Of a DNA stretch of 64,000 nucleotides, positions 28,499 through 38,900 are shown piece after piece; positions within the stretch are counted from its first letter, which is position 1; each line of letters opens with the position of its first letter. The notes under the pieces were generated by a model. That model saw only the letters and a program-made list of their open reading frames with translations. It was not told the DNA's origin and ran no database searches. This stretch comes from a virus: the IMG/VR virus record IMGVR_UViG_3300017743_000005, positions 2,804 to 66,803 of that record; one strand, 5' to 3'. A program made the position numbers and the translations under genes.

Positions 28499-29532
28499 TA
28501 ATCAAATTTTTCAGACTTAATTTTCATGTAAAAACGAGTAAATTCATCACTATCAAGTTCCAAACTCTCAACAAGTCTAGATAATACGGCAAGATTTCTT
28601 TGTGGAGATAAATTAAACTTTTCTATAATAAAAATTGTTCTACTTAAATATCTTTCTAAATCGGCAGGTAACATTGCTTTATCGATTTCTGCTATTAACT
28701 CTTCTCGTAGACGATTTTTTCTGTCACCACTCTTGCTCATTTTATCATGCTTCATCATCAAAGTAATCCATTGTTTACCAATAGGATTTCTAATCGGGTT
28801 TCCGATAAATTTCGCAGTTGCTTTTAATATAAAAGGAGCAAGATTAAGTTTACCTGGTTTTGTTTTGCTTCTTAAATCTTCAGAGTTATCAATGATCGTG
28901 AAATTTTGCTTGAATACACTTTGAAATTTTCCCATATTCTTTTGAACATCTTTCCATATAACATCCACAATTTTACGTGGAAGTTTTCTTGCACGAAAAG
29001 CATTTCGTTGTTGTGCAACTTCAAGTGTTGTATTAACGAATACCATGTAACAATCATATCCAAGTTTTTCCAACTCTTTCTTTTGCTTGGATATTTTAGC
29101 ATAATCATCACCTGTTCCATCAACAATAACACCCAACCTACCATTTTTGTAATGCTCGTATTGTTTGAGCATAATGTTTTTGGCACGTGAACGAATTGAG
29201 TTTGGATCATCACTTGTTATTTGTTGAAACACATCATCATCAAGTGAACCCAAATCTAAACTATGTCCTGCTTTTTTCAACAAATGCTCAAACGAACTAT
29301 CACTATTTACTATTTTTAATCCAGTTGAAGTTAATGACTTTACTTCGGGTGTTGTATTAAAAACGGTATCTACAACTGCTGATTTGCCTGCACCAGGACC
29401 ACCTGCTAAAAACACTGCTTTTAAAATACCAGGATCATATACACCCTCAACGAGTGTAAAATATCCCTTGCGAAGACCGGCCTTGATAAGACTTTCTTCT
29501 TGGACTTCTTGATTTTCTTCGGAATTGCTCAT
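28498..29532 (-). CDS. P-loop kinase (zeta toxin / AAA_33-like)
   Basis: AVFLAGGPGAGKS, VNSD, VIVDGTG and VAQQRNAFRARKLP (lid). Confidence 0.8.
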   Translation of the reverse strand: MSNSEENQEVQEESLIKAGLRKGYFTLVEGVYDPGILKAVFLAGGPGAGKSAVVDTVFNTTPEVKSLTSTGLKIVNSDSSFEHLLKKAGHSLDLGSLDDDVFQQITSDDPNSIRSRAKNIMLKQYEHYKNGRLGVIVDGTGDDYAKISKQKKELEKLGYDCYMVFVNTTLEVAQQRNAFRARKLPRKIVDVIWKDVQKNMGKFQSVFKQNFTIIDNSEDLRSKTKPGKLNLAPFILKATAKFIGNPIRNPIGKQWITLMMKHDKMSKSGDRKNRLREELIAEIDKAMLPADLERYLSRTIFIIEKFNLSPQRNLAVLSRLVESLELDSDEFTRFYMKIKSEKFD

Positions 29533-29575
29533 AAATACACTTCAGGTACATAATAAATATATATCTAAATATGTT

Positions 29576-32179
29576 TTATGATGTGTATTTTATCTTACTA
29601 AAAGAACCTTCTTTTTGAATTTCAATAATTTCGTCCACCATATCTCTCATTACGTCCAAATGACTTATAACCATTACGAACTCAAACTGCCCCTTTAAAT
29701 AGGTAAACAGGTTAAATACACTACTTATGTTGTCTCCGTCCAACGAACCCCATCCTTCGTCAATAACAAGGAAATTGGAACGAGGAAGACTACTTACGTT
29801 GATAAGTGCCACTCGCATTGCGATACTACTGATGAAACGCTCCATGCCACTGCACATTTCTAATGGCCAATGACGGTCTTCATATGTAATCTTTGAATAG
29901 ATATGCTTTCCGTCCATTTCAAGTTGCATTCCAAAATCAACGATTTGAGATAGAATATTATTAACTTCACTTTCAATGCTTGGAATTGTCTTGGATATAA
30001 GTTCATATGAAATGCCATCTCGTTTTACTGCATCAAGATATAACTCGTAACCACGTTTTTTTCGTTCGTAACTTTTTGCTTCTTCAATAGATGCTAAAAT
30101 GTCTTCGTGTTCTTTTTCAGCAATTTTAACTTCACCAAATAAAGTTTGTAGTTTTTCTGTTTCTTCACCAACTGTATTATTTATATAAACCAACTTTGAC
30201 TGAACTTCATCAACTTCAGTTTGTATTTTCTTGTTAAAAATTATAATGTCTTTGCATTCATAATATTCTGATATACTTTTCTTGTTTATCACTATATCCT
30301 TTTCAAGTGACTCTATCATACTTGATAACGCAATAACCTTGGAGTCTGATTCGTTTATTTCATAATTAAGTTGAGTTGCTTCTGATTTTAATGTATTGAG
30401 CAGTTCGTAATCTGATTCTACATTGGACAATTCTTCCAGTTTTCTTGAGAGTATATTTTTCTCTGTAACGAGATCATCGGCATCTGATTTATCTTTATCA
30501 AGTTCTGTTTTTGTTTGCTCTGCACTTTCTATTAAACTCTTTGAATTGTTTACACAAAATTTACACTCAGGATCATACTCATGACTATCATAGTGTTTTA
30601 ATTTATCAAGTTTAGCATTTACTGATGTTCTAAGTACTGCCAAATCTTTATCCACTCTACTTATATCAGAATGTATATCCAAAACCAAGTCATACTTTTC
30701 TTCTATACCGTTTAAGTCTGATATCTGTTTTATTTTTTTAATTCTCGTTTCGGATAATCTGCTTTTCTTGTCAGTTTCTAATGAACGATTGTCATTTGCC
30801 ACACCGAGTCTTTCATCTAAATTCTTTCTATCAAATTCAAGATGATCTATATCAACCGATGATTCGTCAAAGGAACAATTTTTAAATTGTGAATTTTTGT
30901 CAGCAAGTGCTTTGTTTAATTTCTTTTGCTCCAACAATGCAATGTTAGTCTTACTATCCTGTTCTTTATATTTATCTTGTATGATTTCAAGTTTCTCTTG
31001 AACATCTGACAATGTTTCATCGAAATTCTCACGATTAAATCTTTTTAGCAAAGCATTTATTTCCTTGATGTCTTCCGATGCAGTTGTATGGAGTTGGTCG
31101 AATGTATCAATCCCCATAAATTGTGCCAATAAATCTTTTCGTTCACTTTGACTTTTATCTATGAATATTGCGTTGTTATTTTGTAAACTAAGTGTTGTTA
31201 AAACAAAGTCATCATATGAACCAACATGATCACGTATCATCGCATTGGTTCCTGCCCGTTGCTCACCGTTCAAAGATATCTGTTTTCCATGTTCATCGTG
31301 TTTCCAAAAATCAACAACAACGGTTACATCACCATTTTTCTTGGTGGTTGCAGTTCTTTCAATAAAATAATCTACACCTGATATTTCAAAATTTAGATTG
31401 CAATAAAATGACTCCGTTTGTGTATTCAATACGTGTGAGGCTTTAAATGCACGATCACATTTATCAAATAAACAAAAACTCAATGCACTCATTACACTAC
31501 TTTTACCACTTGCATTTGATGCAAATAATCCCATGACACTTTTCATGTTGGTGAAATCTACCACATTTCCATCACCATAACTAAACATATTTCCAAATTC
31601 AAACTTTTTTGGTTTCCATATACAATTCCTAAGAACTTCTTTTACTACAAGTTTGTCATTTACTTCTTTATTAATATCAAGAGCAGTTTTAATTTGTTCA
31701 TCATCCACTACGAAGTTTCTTTGTAAATAGTCTTCAATTAAGTCGTTTTGAACTTGTACAAGTGATATATCACCAAAGTCAAATTTGTTATCACGATCAT
31801 ATTTTTTTGCTTCTGAAATTGCATCGCATCTAGTAACATTAAGATCACTTATATTAGTTTTCTTTCTTATTTCTGCTATTACCTCTTTTGTTTCAGTTGC
31901 AGTTGTGTTATATACCTTGACACGCAACCTTGCCTTTTTTGGTAGTGTATCTAGATCACTAACACATTTTCCGTCACGAACAACAACTGTATAATATCCA
32001 TAATCATTATGAACTTCTTTGTGGGTATGTTGTCTGTTTGGCAAGTCCCATAAAACATATCCATGTCCAAGTGGTTTCTCTCCGTGGTTTTGTTGAATCA
32101 TACTTCCTGAATAAACCACCACAGGTTTATTTTGGTTATGCCTTTTTACTTTTACATATTTTTCTTTAACTTCGTCCAT
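29576..32179 (-). CDS. gp46: Rad50/SbcC (gp46) ATPase carrying the C-terminal part of Mre11/SbcD at its N-terminus
   Basis: N-terminal VVYSGSMIQQNHGE...GYVLWD (final SbcD motif); FGNMFSYG; NASGKSS Walker A; CKFC zinc hook; CSGME signature; VIDEGWGSLD; VISH. Confidence 0.9.
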   Translation of the reverse strand: MDEVKEKYVKVKRHNQNKPVVVYSGSMIQQNHGEKPLGHGYVLWDLPNRQHTHKEVHNDYGYYTVVVRDGKCVSDLDTLPKKARLRVKVYNTTATETKEVIAEIRKKTNISDLNVTRCDAISEAKKYDRDNKFDFGDISLVQVQNDLIEDYLQRNFVVDDEQIKTALDINKEVNDKLVVKEVLRNCIWKPKKFEFGNMFSYGDGNVVDFTNMKSVMGLFASNASGKSSVMSALSFCLFDKCDRAFKASHVLNTQTESFYCNLNFEISGVDYFIERTATTKKNGDVTVVVDFWKHDEHGKQISLNGEQRAGTNAMIRDHVGSYDDFVLTTLSLQNNNAIFIDKSQSERKDLLAQFMGIDTFDQLHTTASEDIKEINALLKRFNRENFDETLSDVQEKLEIIQDKYKEQDSKTNIALLEQKKLNKALADKNSQFKNCSFDESSVDIDHLEFDRKNLDERLGVANDNRSLETDKKSRLSETRIKKIKQISDLNGIEEKYDLVLDIHSDISRVDKDLAVLRTSVNAKLDKLKHYDSHEYDPECKFCVNNSKSLIESAEQTKTELDKDKSDADDLVTEKNILSRKLEELSNVESDYELLNTLKSEATQLNYEINESDSKVIALSSMIESLEKDIVINKKSISEYYECKDIIIFNKKIQTEVDEVQSKLVYINNTVGEETEKLQTLFGEVKIAEKEHEDILASIEEAKSYERKKRGYELYLDAVKRDGISYELISKTIPSIESEVNNILSQIVDFGMQLEMDGKHIYSKITYEDRHWPLEMCSGMERFISSIAMRVALINVSSLPRSNFLVIDEGWGSLDGDNISSVFNLFTYLKGQFEFVMVISHLDVMRDMVDEIIEIQKEGSFSKIKYTS

Positions 32180-33107
32180 TTAATGCGATTTCTAAAATTT
32201 GTTCTCCTACTTCAGAATCAGTCAAAAACGGATTCAGATGAACATGATTATTATTATTTGGAAAGTATTTACAAGGTCCTAAATATGGAGTTCTTGATTC
32301 TAAATTATTTATATTCCCACCAGATTGTTGCCAATGTATTCCTTTCGGCCCGAACATTTGATAAATGTAATCAGTAGTTATTATTGTATTCGTACCAAGT
32401 GCAGAAGATATATTAGTAAGACACCCCTCACCACCCACTACATAATCGCAGTTTTTCATCAAACTCGTGGTAAATGAAAATTTACTTGCCGAGTTTAAGC
32501 ATGGATAGTTTTTTGAAATTGTGTCTTCTATACCAAGAGCAAATAACATAACTTTCGGTGAAAGTTCCATGCACTTTATTATATCAAAAATATTTCTTTT
32601 TCCATTCCCGTATCCTGTTCCGTCTTCCCCACCCTCGGCACGATTATACTGATCTTCTGTAAATAAAAAACTTTTTCTATCCCAATCAACTTGGTAACCT
32701 ATTTTTACCAGGTCGGTTTCCCAGTCTCCTATTTTTATTAATTCTTCCATACTTCTTTGTATAGAATAGTCAAGTTGTGGGTTTGTGAAAACTTCAAAGG
32801 TATCGTCTAAATTTTCAATTCCACACATATGTTGAAACTGAGATACCGTAGACTCATATGGATTTAATGTAGATACATCGTCATTCATTATATTATGTAT
32901 AATATCATAATCTATATTTGCATCTTCTTTATAGAAAACATCATCGATGTGTGGGTTGTTTATTAACAATTCGATAGGTTGTAAATAATTAACATCAAAA
33001 TGAACAACACAATTAGGATTTTTTTCCTTTAATTTTTTTGCAACACTACTGCAAAAAATAACATCACCTATGTGGATGTTTCTGCATCTGATTAATATAT
33101 TAGTCAT
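32166..33107 (-). CDS. GT9 (heptosyltransferase-like, GT-B fold) glycosyltransferase
   Basis: HIGDVIFCSSVAKKLKEKNP...ELLINNPHIDDV and SLMKNCDYVVGGEGCLTNISSALGTNTI match GT9 N- and C-terminal patterns. Confidence 0.7.
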   Translation of the reverse strand: MTNILIRCRNIHIGDVIFCSSVAKKLKEKNPNCVVHFDVNYLQPIELLINNPHIDDVFYKEDANIDYDIIHNIMNDDVSTLNPYESTVSQFQHMCGIENLDDTFEVFTNPQLDYSIQRSMEELIKIGDWETDLVKIGYQVDWDRKSFLFTEDQYNRAEGGEDGTGYGNGKRNIFDIIKCMELSPKVMLFALGIEDTISKNYPCLNSASKFSFTTSLMKNCDYVVGGEGCLTNISSALGTNTIITTDYIYQMFGPKGIHWQQSGGNINNLESRTPYLGPCKYFPNNNNHVHLNPFLTDSEVGEQILEIALNGRS

Positions 33108-33804
33108 CCGACAAGCACCATCCTTTTAGTTTGTATTCCCCCACTTTATCTTCTGGAATAAATTTATGCTCAGATTGATATTCTTGCAATATTTGATATT
33201 TATGAATATCACCGAGCATTACTATGTCATATCCGTTGAACATAGATAAGTCAATATCTCCACCCATTACAACATATCCGATATCTGTCATACTTCGTCT
33301 TACTGCTCCGTGGTAAACTGCTATCTTTGTTTTTATATCTCCATCTTCAATATCAAGACCGGATATATAGTTTTCTGGATCGTCCAATATACTAAACACA
33401 CCCACAGCAACATCTCCTATTTTATACACTCCACTATTTTTTAAATAAAAAAGGTTTTCATCGTCCATCATATCCATAATTGGAGACAGAACATCTAGTC
33501 TATCAGGATTATTCAAATTGCAATCGTGGTTTCCTGCAATAACAAGTGTTGGGTGTAATTTAGAACACTCACGTAGAAAACTTGATATTTGATGAATTAG
33601 TTCTGGACTCATTTCCGTTTTGGCATGAGCAATGTCTCCACCTATAAAAATAATTGCGTTATCATAGTTGTCTTCTTTTACCTGTTTATAGAAGTTTTCA
33701 AACACCTGTGAGTATTCGGTGTGTCGTTTAACATTTCGTATATGAATATCTGCTAAATGATAAACTTTTTCAATATTTTTTAAATTGGAATTTAATTTAT
33801 ACAT
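33100..33804 (-). CDS. gp47: Mre11/SbcD (gp47) metallophosphoesterase nuclease, N-terminal fragment
   Basis: HLADIH, GGDIAH, IAGNHD, VYHG and LGDIH are present; the following YSGS strand is in the downstream ORF. Confidence 0.88.
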   Translation of the reverse strand: MYKLNSNLKNIEKVYHLADIHIRNVKRHTEYSQVFENFYKQVKEDNYDNAIIFIGGDIAHAKTEMSPELIHQISSFLRECSKLHPTLVIAGNHDCNLNNPDRLDVLSPIMDMMDDENLFYLKNSGVYKIGDVAVGVFSILDDPENYISGLDIEDGDIKTKIAVYHGAVRRSMTDIGYVVMGGDIDLSMFNGYDIVMLGDIHKYQILQEYQSEHKFIPEDKVGEYKLKGWCLSDD

Positions 33805-34718
33805 AACTTATGTTGCATCAACATTCCAAAATCTAAAATATCGGTTGAGTTGATTCTTTCTATAACTTTTCTAAAACCCAAGTCGGCTGCATCTTCACTT
33901 CCCATTCTTACCAATTTTACTTTTATATTATCGTTCATTAAAGTTTCCGATATATACAAAGCATTTTTATATGCATCATTATCTAATACAATGCTAACTT
34001 CCTTTACGTTGTGTTCCACCAAACGCATTTTAAGTTTGTTTGGAATATTTTTTCCAAGTAAAGCAATCGCATTTCTACGAATTGCCATTGCATCAAAAAC
34101 ACCTTCACACAAAATAAGTGGTTCGGAGAAATCAATTTGATTTTCAAATACCACTACATCTTTGCTTACTGGTGGATTTTTATACTTCAAATAAGCATTA
34201 CCCGTAAAATCTCTTGCAAGAAAGTAATTTAGTTTATTGTCTACGTCAAATGATGGAACAATGATACGACCTGCATAATCTCCTTTATCACAATATCCTA
34301 TATCGTATCTTTCAATGTCATATGATTTAATTCCACGATTTTTTAAATACTTCATTGCTTTAGAGTAAGAAAAATCAGTATGTGTTTCGGTCAATCTTCT
34401 AAATTCATAAGGCAACGATACAAATTGCTCCTCGGTATCTGCAAGTTTGGTGTTTTTTGGAAGTTTAACAATCTTGGATAGCTCTGCAAAATAATTGCTT
34501 GGAACTTGCATTCTTTTGAATAACGAAAAAATGCTACGACCTTTGGCATTTGTATCAATCCAACTTTGCCAACGTTGTGTTGTAAGATTAACTGCCAACT
34601 TTGGTTTATGGTGGTGAGAAAACGGACACACAAACATTGCTTCGTCTTTAGAGACTATTTTGCCTTCACCTAACACCTTCTGCAACAAGGCATATAACTT
34701 TTGTTCGGAAATCCCCAT
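33792..34718 (-). CDS. gp61: DNA primase
   Basis: Degenerate zinc finger (CPFSHHHK), YLKNRGI, RIIVP, KYKNP, TOPRIM CEGVFDA and LDND. Confidence 0.88.
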   Translation of the reverse strand: MGISEQKLYALLQKVLGEGKIVSKDEAMFVCPFSHHHKPKLAVNLTTQRWQSWIDTNAKGRSIFSLFKRMQVPSNYFAELSKIVKLPKNTKLADTEEQFVSLPYEFRRLTETHTDFSYSKAMKYLKNRGIKSYDIERYDIGYCDKGDYAGRIIVPSFDVDNKLNYFLARDFTGNAYLKYKNPPVSKDVVVFENQIDFSEPLILCEGVFDAMAIRRNAIALLGKNIPNKLKMRLVEHNVKEVSIVLDNDAYKNALYISETLMNDNIKVKLVRMGSEDAADLGFRKVIERINSTDILDFGMLMQHKLCIN

Positions 34719-35248
34719 TAATTGTCAATAGTATACCAATGATACAGTGATGCTACCGTTGCGTCCAACATATCGTAGTTTCTTTTATCATAATTTTTTC
34801 TACTATTATAGACAACAAATTCATTTAAATCAATCTTTTTTTCAAGTTGTTCACGTACAAAAGTTTTACTATCAACTCCCTGTTCACGACTTTTTCCGAA
34901 TACAGCCTTACGAAGAGAAGACACATTTACGTGTTCTACATCTAATTCATACAATGCTTCTATTACATAACTTATTACTGCATTGCACTTTGCAAGTTTT
35001 ACAATCGTTTGTTGACTTGTTCTACCCCCACCAAATCCACTTAAAGTATCTTCTACTATAATTACAGATGGTTCTATTTCTAGATTATCAAGTATTCTTG
35101 CTACATTGTGAGCCTTCTGTCTAATGCTCTTTTCTTTACGAATATCTATATATCCTGCACTAATTACATTACTTGACGAACACGAATAACAATACCCAAC
35201 TACCGTTGAACTAACGTCTAAACCTAGACATATATCTTTTTTTGACAT
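34718..35248 (-). CDS. RuvC-like Holliday junction resolvase
   Basis: LGLDVSSTVVGY, IIVED, SSLRKAVFG and DMLDA RNase H-fold acidic motifs. Confidence 0.75.
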   Translation of the reverse strand: MSKKDICLGLDVSSTVVGYCYSCSSSNVISAGYIDIRKEKSIRQKAHNVARILDNLEIEPSVIIVEDTLSGFGGGRTSQQTIVKLAKCNAVISYVIEALYELDVEHVNVSSLRKAVFGKSREQGVDSKTFVREQLEKKIDLNEFVVYNSRKNYDKRNYDMLDATVASLYHWYTIDN

Positions 35249-35255
35249 ATATTAT

Positions 35256-35284
35256 ACTATATGCCAACTTTATATTTAAAGCAA
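35256..35284 (-). promoter_or_regulatory. Sigma70-like promoter for the RuvC-primase-Mre11/Rad50 operon (near-leaderless)
   Basis: TTGCTT-N17-TATAGT, ending 7 nt before ATG 35248. Confidence 0.6.
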
Positions 35285-35289
35285 GTTAA

Positions 35290-35883
35290 TTATGCACGGG
35301 ACTTACCACCTTGTTCCGATCCTGCATTTTGACCACCATCATATCCACCGTTTCTTGCATTAAATGTATTATCATTACCACGTGAGTCTGTGAATGCAAC
35401 TTGATCACCATAACGATCAACATTCATGTTTTGACGATAAAAACTTGCATCCGCTGCACTTGCTGGATTTCCAGAACCGAAATCTGAGTTATCTAAACTA
35501 TAGTTCAAAATCTTACCACACATAAATCCACGATTGTTTGGTTTACCTACTGATCCTGCGATTTTATTGTTGTTACCTGCAGCTGATCTTGCTTGGTTTG
35601 TAAAAGCATTTGATCCATTACCCGCACCACGTCCTGCACTTCCGAAGAAATCTACACCCACACGATTGTAATCTTTTAATCCAGTTTCTGGAATTCCAGG
35701 TGAACCATTCAAGTTACCATGTGTTGGTGCAGCTTGACGATACAATGTGCTTGCAGTGTTGAGTCTTCCTAGTAATCCTGTCGCACCTGCAGGTCCTCCA
35801 TATTTACTACCCATTGATGCACGTGTCAATCCGTTTTTAAATTCTACTGCTGGTGTTGCTTTGTATTGTTTTACAGTTGCCAT
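35290..35883 (-). CDS. Gly/Asn/Ala-rich hypothetical protein
   Basis: GGAGA SD and TATTTAT motif upstream; low complexity. Confidence 0.7.
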   Translation of the reverse strand: MATVKQYKATPAVEFKNGLTRASMGSKYGGPAGATGLLGRLNTASTLYRQAAPTHGNLNGSPGIPETGLKDYNRVGVDFFGSAGRGAGNGSNAFTNQARSAAGNNNKIAGSVGKPNNRGFMCGKILNYSLDNSDFGSGNPASAADASFYRQNMNVDRYGDQVAFTDSRGNDNTFNARNGGYDGGQNAGSEQGGKSRA

Positions 35884-35932
35884 ATTTTCTTTCTCCGTTG
35901 AGTTGTTTAGTATAAATATAAACTAAAAAATG

Positions 35933-38900
35933 TTAAGTGTCATATTTTATTAAAAAATTTATTGGATAGTTTGGTATAATCTTAACAGGTCTTCCTAATT
36001 TAGCAACCATTGCAAGTTCTGCACCTTGATATAGACCGATGGTTGTTGCATATGGTGCTAAATAACTACCTTTTCTATCTTTTGACGCATTTTCACGAAA
36101 ATCTACAAAATCTTGATTTATTTTTCTACCATAGTTTTTTCCAGTTTTTTCGTCAAGATATTTTATAATTTCAAACGATGTTGAACGGGTCGCCTTTGAA
36201 TTTTCATTTATTAAATTTTTTGTAAGTTCTGTTCCTCGTCTTCCCACAAAATATCTAGCAAGTAGGTGAGCATCAATAGAACTAACCACACCATCACCAT
36301 CTATATCCAAACCATCACTTCCTAGTGATTTAAGATAATCAAGATTATTTATTATTTTTTGATACTCACTTTCTCTCATTTCTACCGAAGATGTTCCTGC
36401 GAATAAAGATGTTATTAACAAGACATCTTCTGACTCAGTCATTATTATGTCATCATTTGGTGTATTTATATTTTGTCCTTCTTGCAATTTAATTGCTCCC
36501 ACCGTATCTCCACCCGAGGGTATCGTTAGAACTTGACCCACGTATAGACTCAGGTCACTTCTAAGATTGTTTTCTCGTCTCAATACCTCGGTAGTTACTC
36601 CTGTTACCAATGATATGTGAACCATTGACTCCACTCGTTTAACAATGTGTTTAATTCGGTTATTAATTAACACTAACATACCCACTTTGAAGGTCTGTTC
36701 TGTGACCTGGTTTCCTGATATATCAGTTATATTTGTTACACCAACTTCATATTGTCTTGCTATTGTTTGTAAAGTTTCACGACTTACAACATATTTCTCT
36801 ATTGATGTATCGGTTTTAGTTGGATCTACCAACGATCCCATTATATATTTGTATATATTTGCTACATCTTTTATATCAAACAAAGAATCCTCATTAACAT
36901 CAAACTCTATTTTATCATAACTAAGTGATGTCGGATTTGTACTTACATTAAATTCATATGGTTCTACTCTGCATAATATTTCATTTTCGTAAATTGTATG
37001 TGACCCCTCAAATTCAACCTCAAATCCACGATCACCTGTGCCAGAAAATAATTCACCGAATTGCTCAAACACATCTGATATAACTGCCACACCGTTCTTG
37101 TAAAAGACATTTCCTACATAAGTCTTTTTGTTATCACGGATTGAAGTTGATTCGTATGCAATCACCTTACCACCTATATTGTAGTTCATATAATCAAGTT
37201 CGTTTATTGAAAAGTTTCCAAAACTAGTAGCAACCGTTCCAACTTCGTTGAACAAATAAATTTCATCTTCTTGCATAGTAAATAATCCTGAAACAGGGAA
37301 TTTACCTTCAACCGGACAACCACAAAAAATAAAATCAGAACTCAGTGCAACAGATGTACATGATTGTTTTCTGATACTATAACTTTTTTTATGGGTTTTT
37401 ATTGAGTTTCTAATCTGTGGTTGGTCGTTAAATAATGTGTAGTAATATAATACACCTTCGATAGAGTTCTTTTTTGCATAATATACAAAATTAATTTCCT
37501 GAATGTCGTTCGTGTTAGAAACTACAAGTGAATCTACATTATCTTGGTCAACTGCTATATAAAAATCAACAAACATAACATCACCTTCGTATACAATCTC
37601 AGTTTTGTCTCTGTATACACCTGAATTAACAAATCCAGTTTGTGGTGAATATCCATTAAGAGATGTATCGATGAAGTTTGCATATATTTCGTAGTCTTTT
37701 AGAAACTCAAGTTCCATTACTAGGTTGGTAATGTTTATTCGTATTTTACAATCCATTGGTGTATCGTCACCAAGTAACTCATATGTGAAGTTAGTTTTTA
37801 TTGATGTATTTGTTATGTAAAAATCACTACCTGAGTAGTCGTAACCCTGTATGTAGTCAGAGATACTTACTGATTGTTGTTCACTATTTATTTCTATTGA
37901 ACTCGCATCCTCACACGGTGAACCTACTATAAAACTAGAACCAAGAACAGAAACATCGTTTCCAAATTTACTATTATACAACAACTCATCATCAACCTCT
38001 CCGTATATTTTATCTATAAAAGATGCTTTTTTATTATCAATTTTGTAAATATACACAGCACCACCCGTGTAAATAGACGAATCGTTTCTCTGATTATATT
38101 TACGATCATTGGTATTACCTATTATTAAATGAGATTCGGTTGCATCAAAAGAACACATAAAATTACCACTTACACTAAAATCGTACTCATATAATGTTTT
38201 TACTTGGTTAGCACGACTTTCTAAGGTATAAAGTGTGGTACCTGTAGAAACTGATATAACTGATTCTTTTCCATACAACAATCCACCACTTTCAAGTCCA
38301 ACATAAATTTTACTAACACCTTGATTAAGTTCATTAAAACTCAGTGTATGTGTGTAAATTTTCCCTCCAAATGCACTAACAGAGTTTACAAACGTCCCAC
38401 CGTGAGATACAACTCCATCTAGGTTTTTATTAAGTGGTGAGTTTAATCTATAAATGAATCCATCTGTTATATCTTGTTCGTCACCTTCATTATCAAATCG
38501 TGGGTCTGTGATCGTAAAAGAAACCGTTTCTGCCTGATAATCAACACTGAATGTGGTGTCAAAGTTTGGTGATTGTACAATGTCTTCCAGATTATACTCA
38601 GAAATTCCATCAACCGATATTGTCTGCTCGTGTGTATACGAAAACTCGTCATTGATCATTTCCCAGGAAATAACTGCACATAAATTATTAGTGTGCGATC
38701 CAACAAATATATTAGATTCTGTCATTTTCACCGACTCACCGAATCTATTAAATGATTTGAACTCGTCACTTTTTATTGTAATTACACCCACCAAGTCATA
38801 AGTGGGATCTCCTATTGCAAAGTCGGGTGTATTTTGATATTCACCTTGAGTTGCTATGACCTTACCCCCAAATGTAGTTATATCAAGAGTTGAATTGTCA

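Noticed and set aside
32166-33107. Group I/II intron carrying the glycosyltransferase
   Set aside because: The inserted ORF overlaps both flanking ORFs, leaving no non-coding sequence for a ribozyme core.
32135-33120. Split intein joining the Mre11 halves (N-part ends W-CLSDD; C-part has KRHN)
   Set aside because: CL and HN resemble intein termini, but the pieces total only about 20 aa, no HINT blocks are present, and HN is followed by Gln rather than Cys/Ser/Thr. At most vestigial or coincidental.
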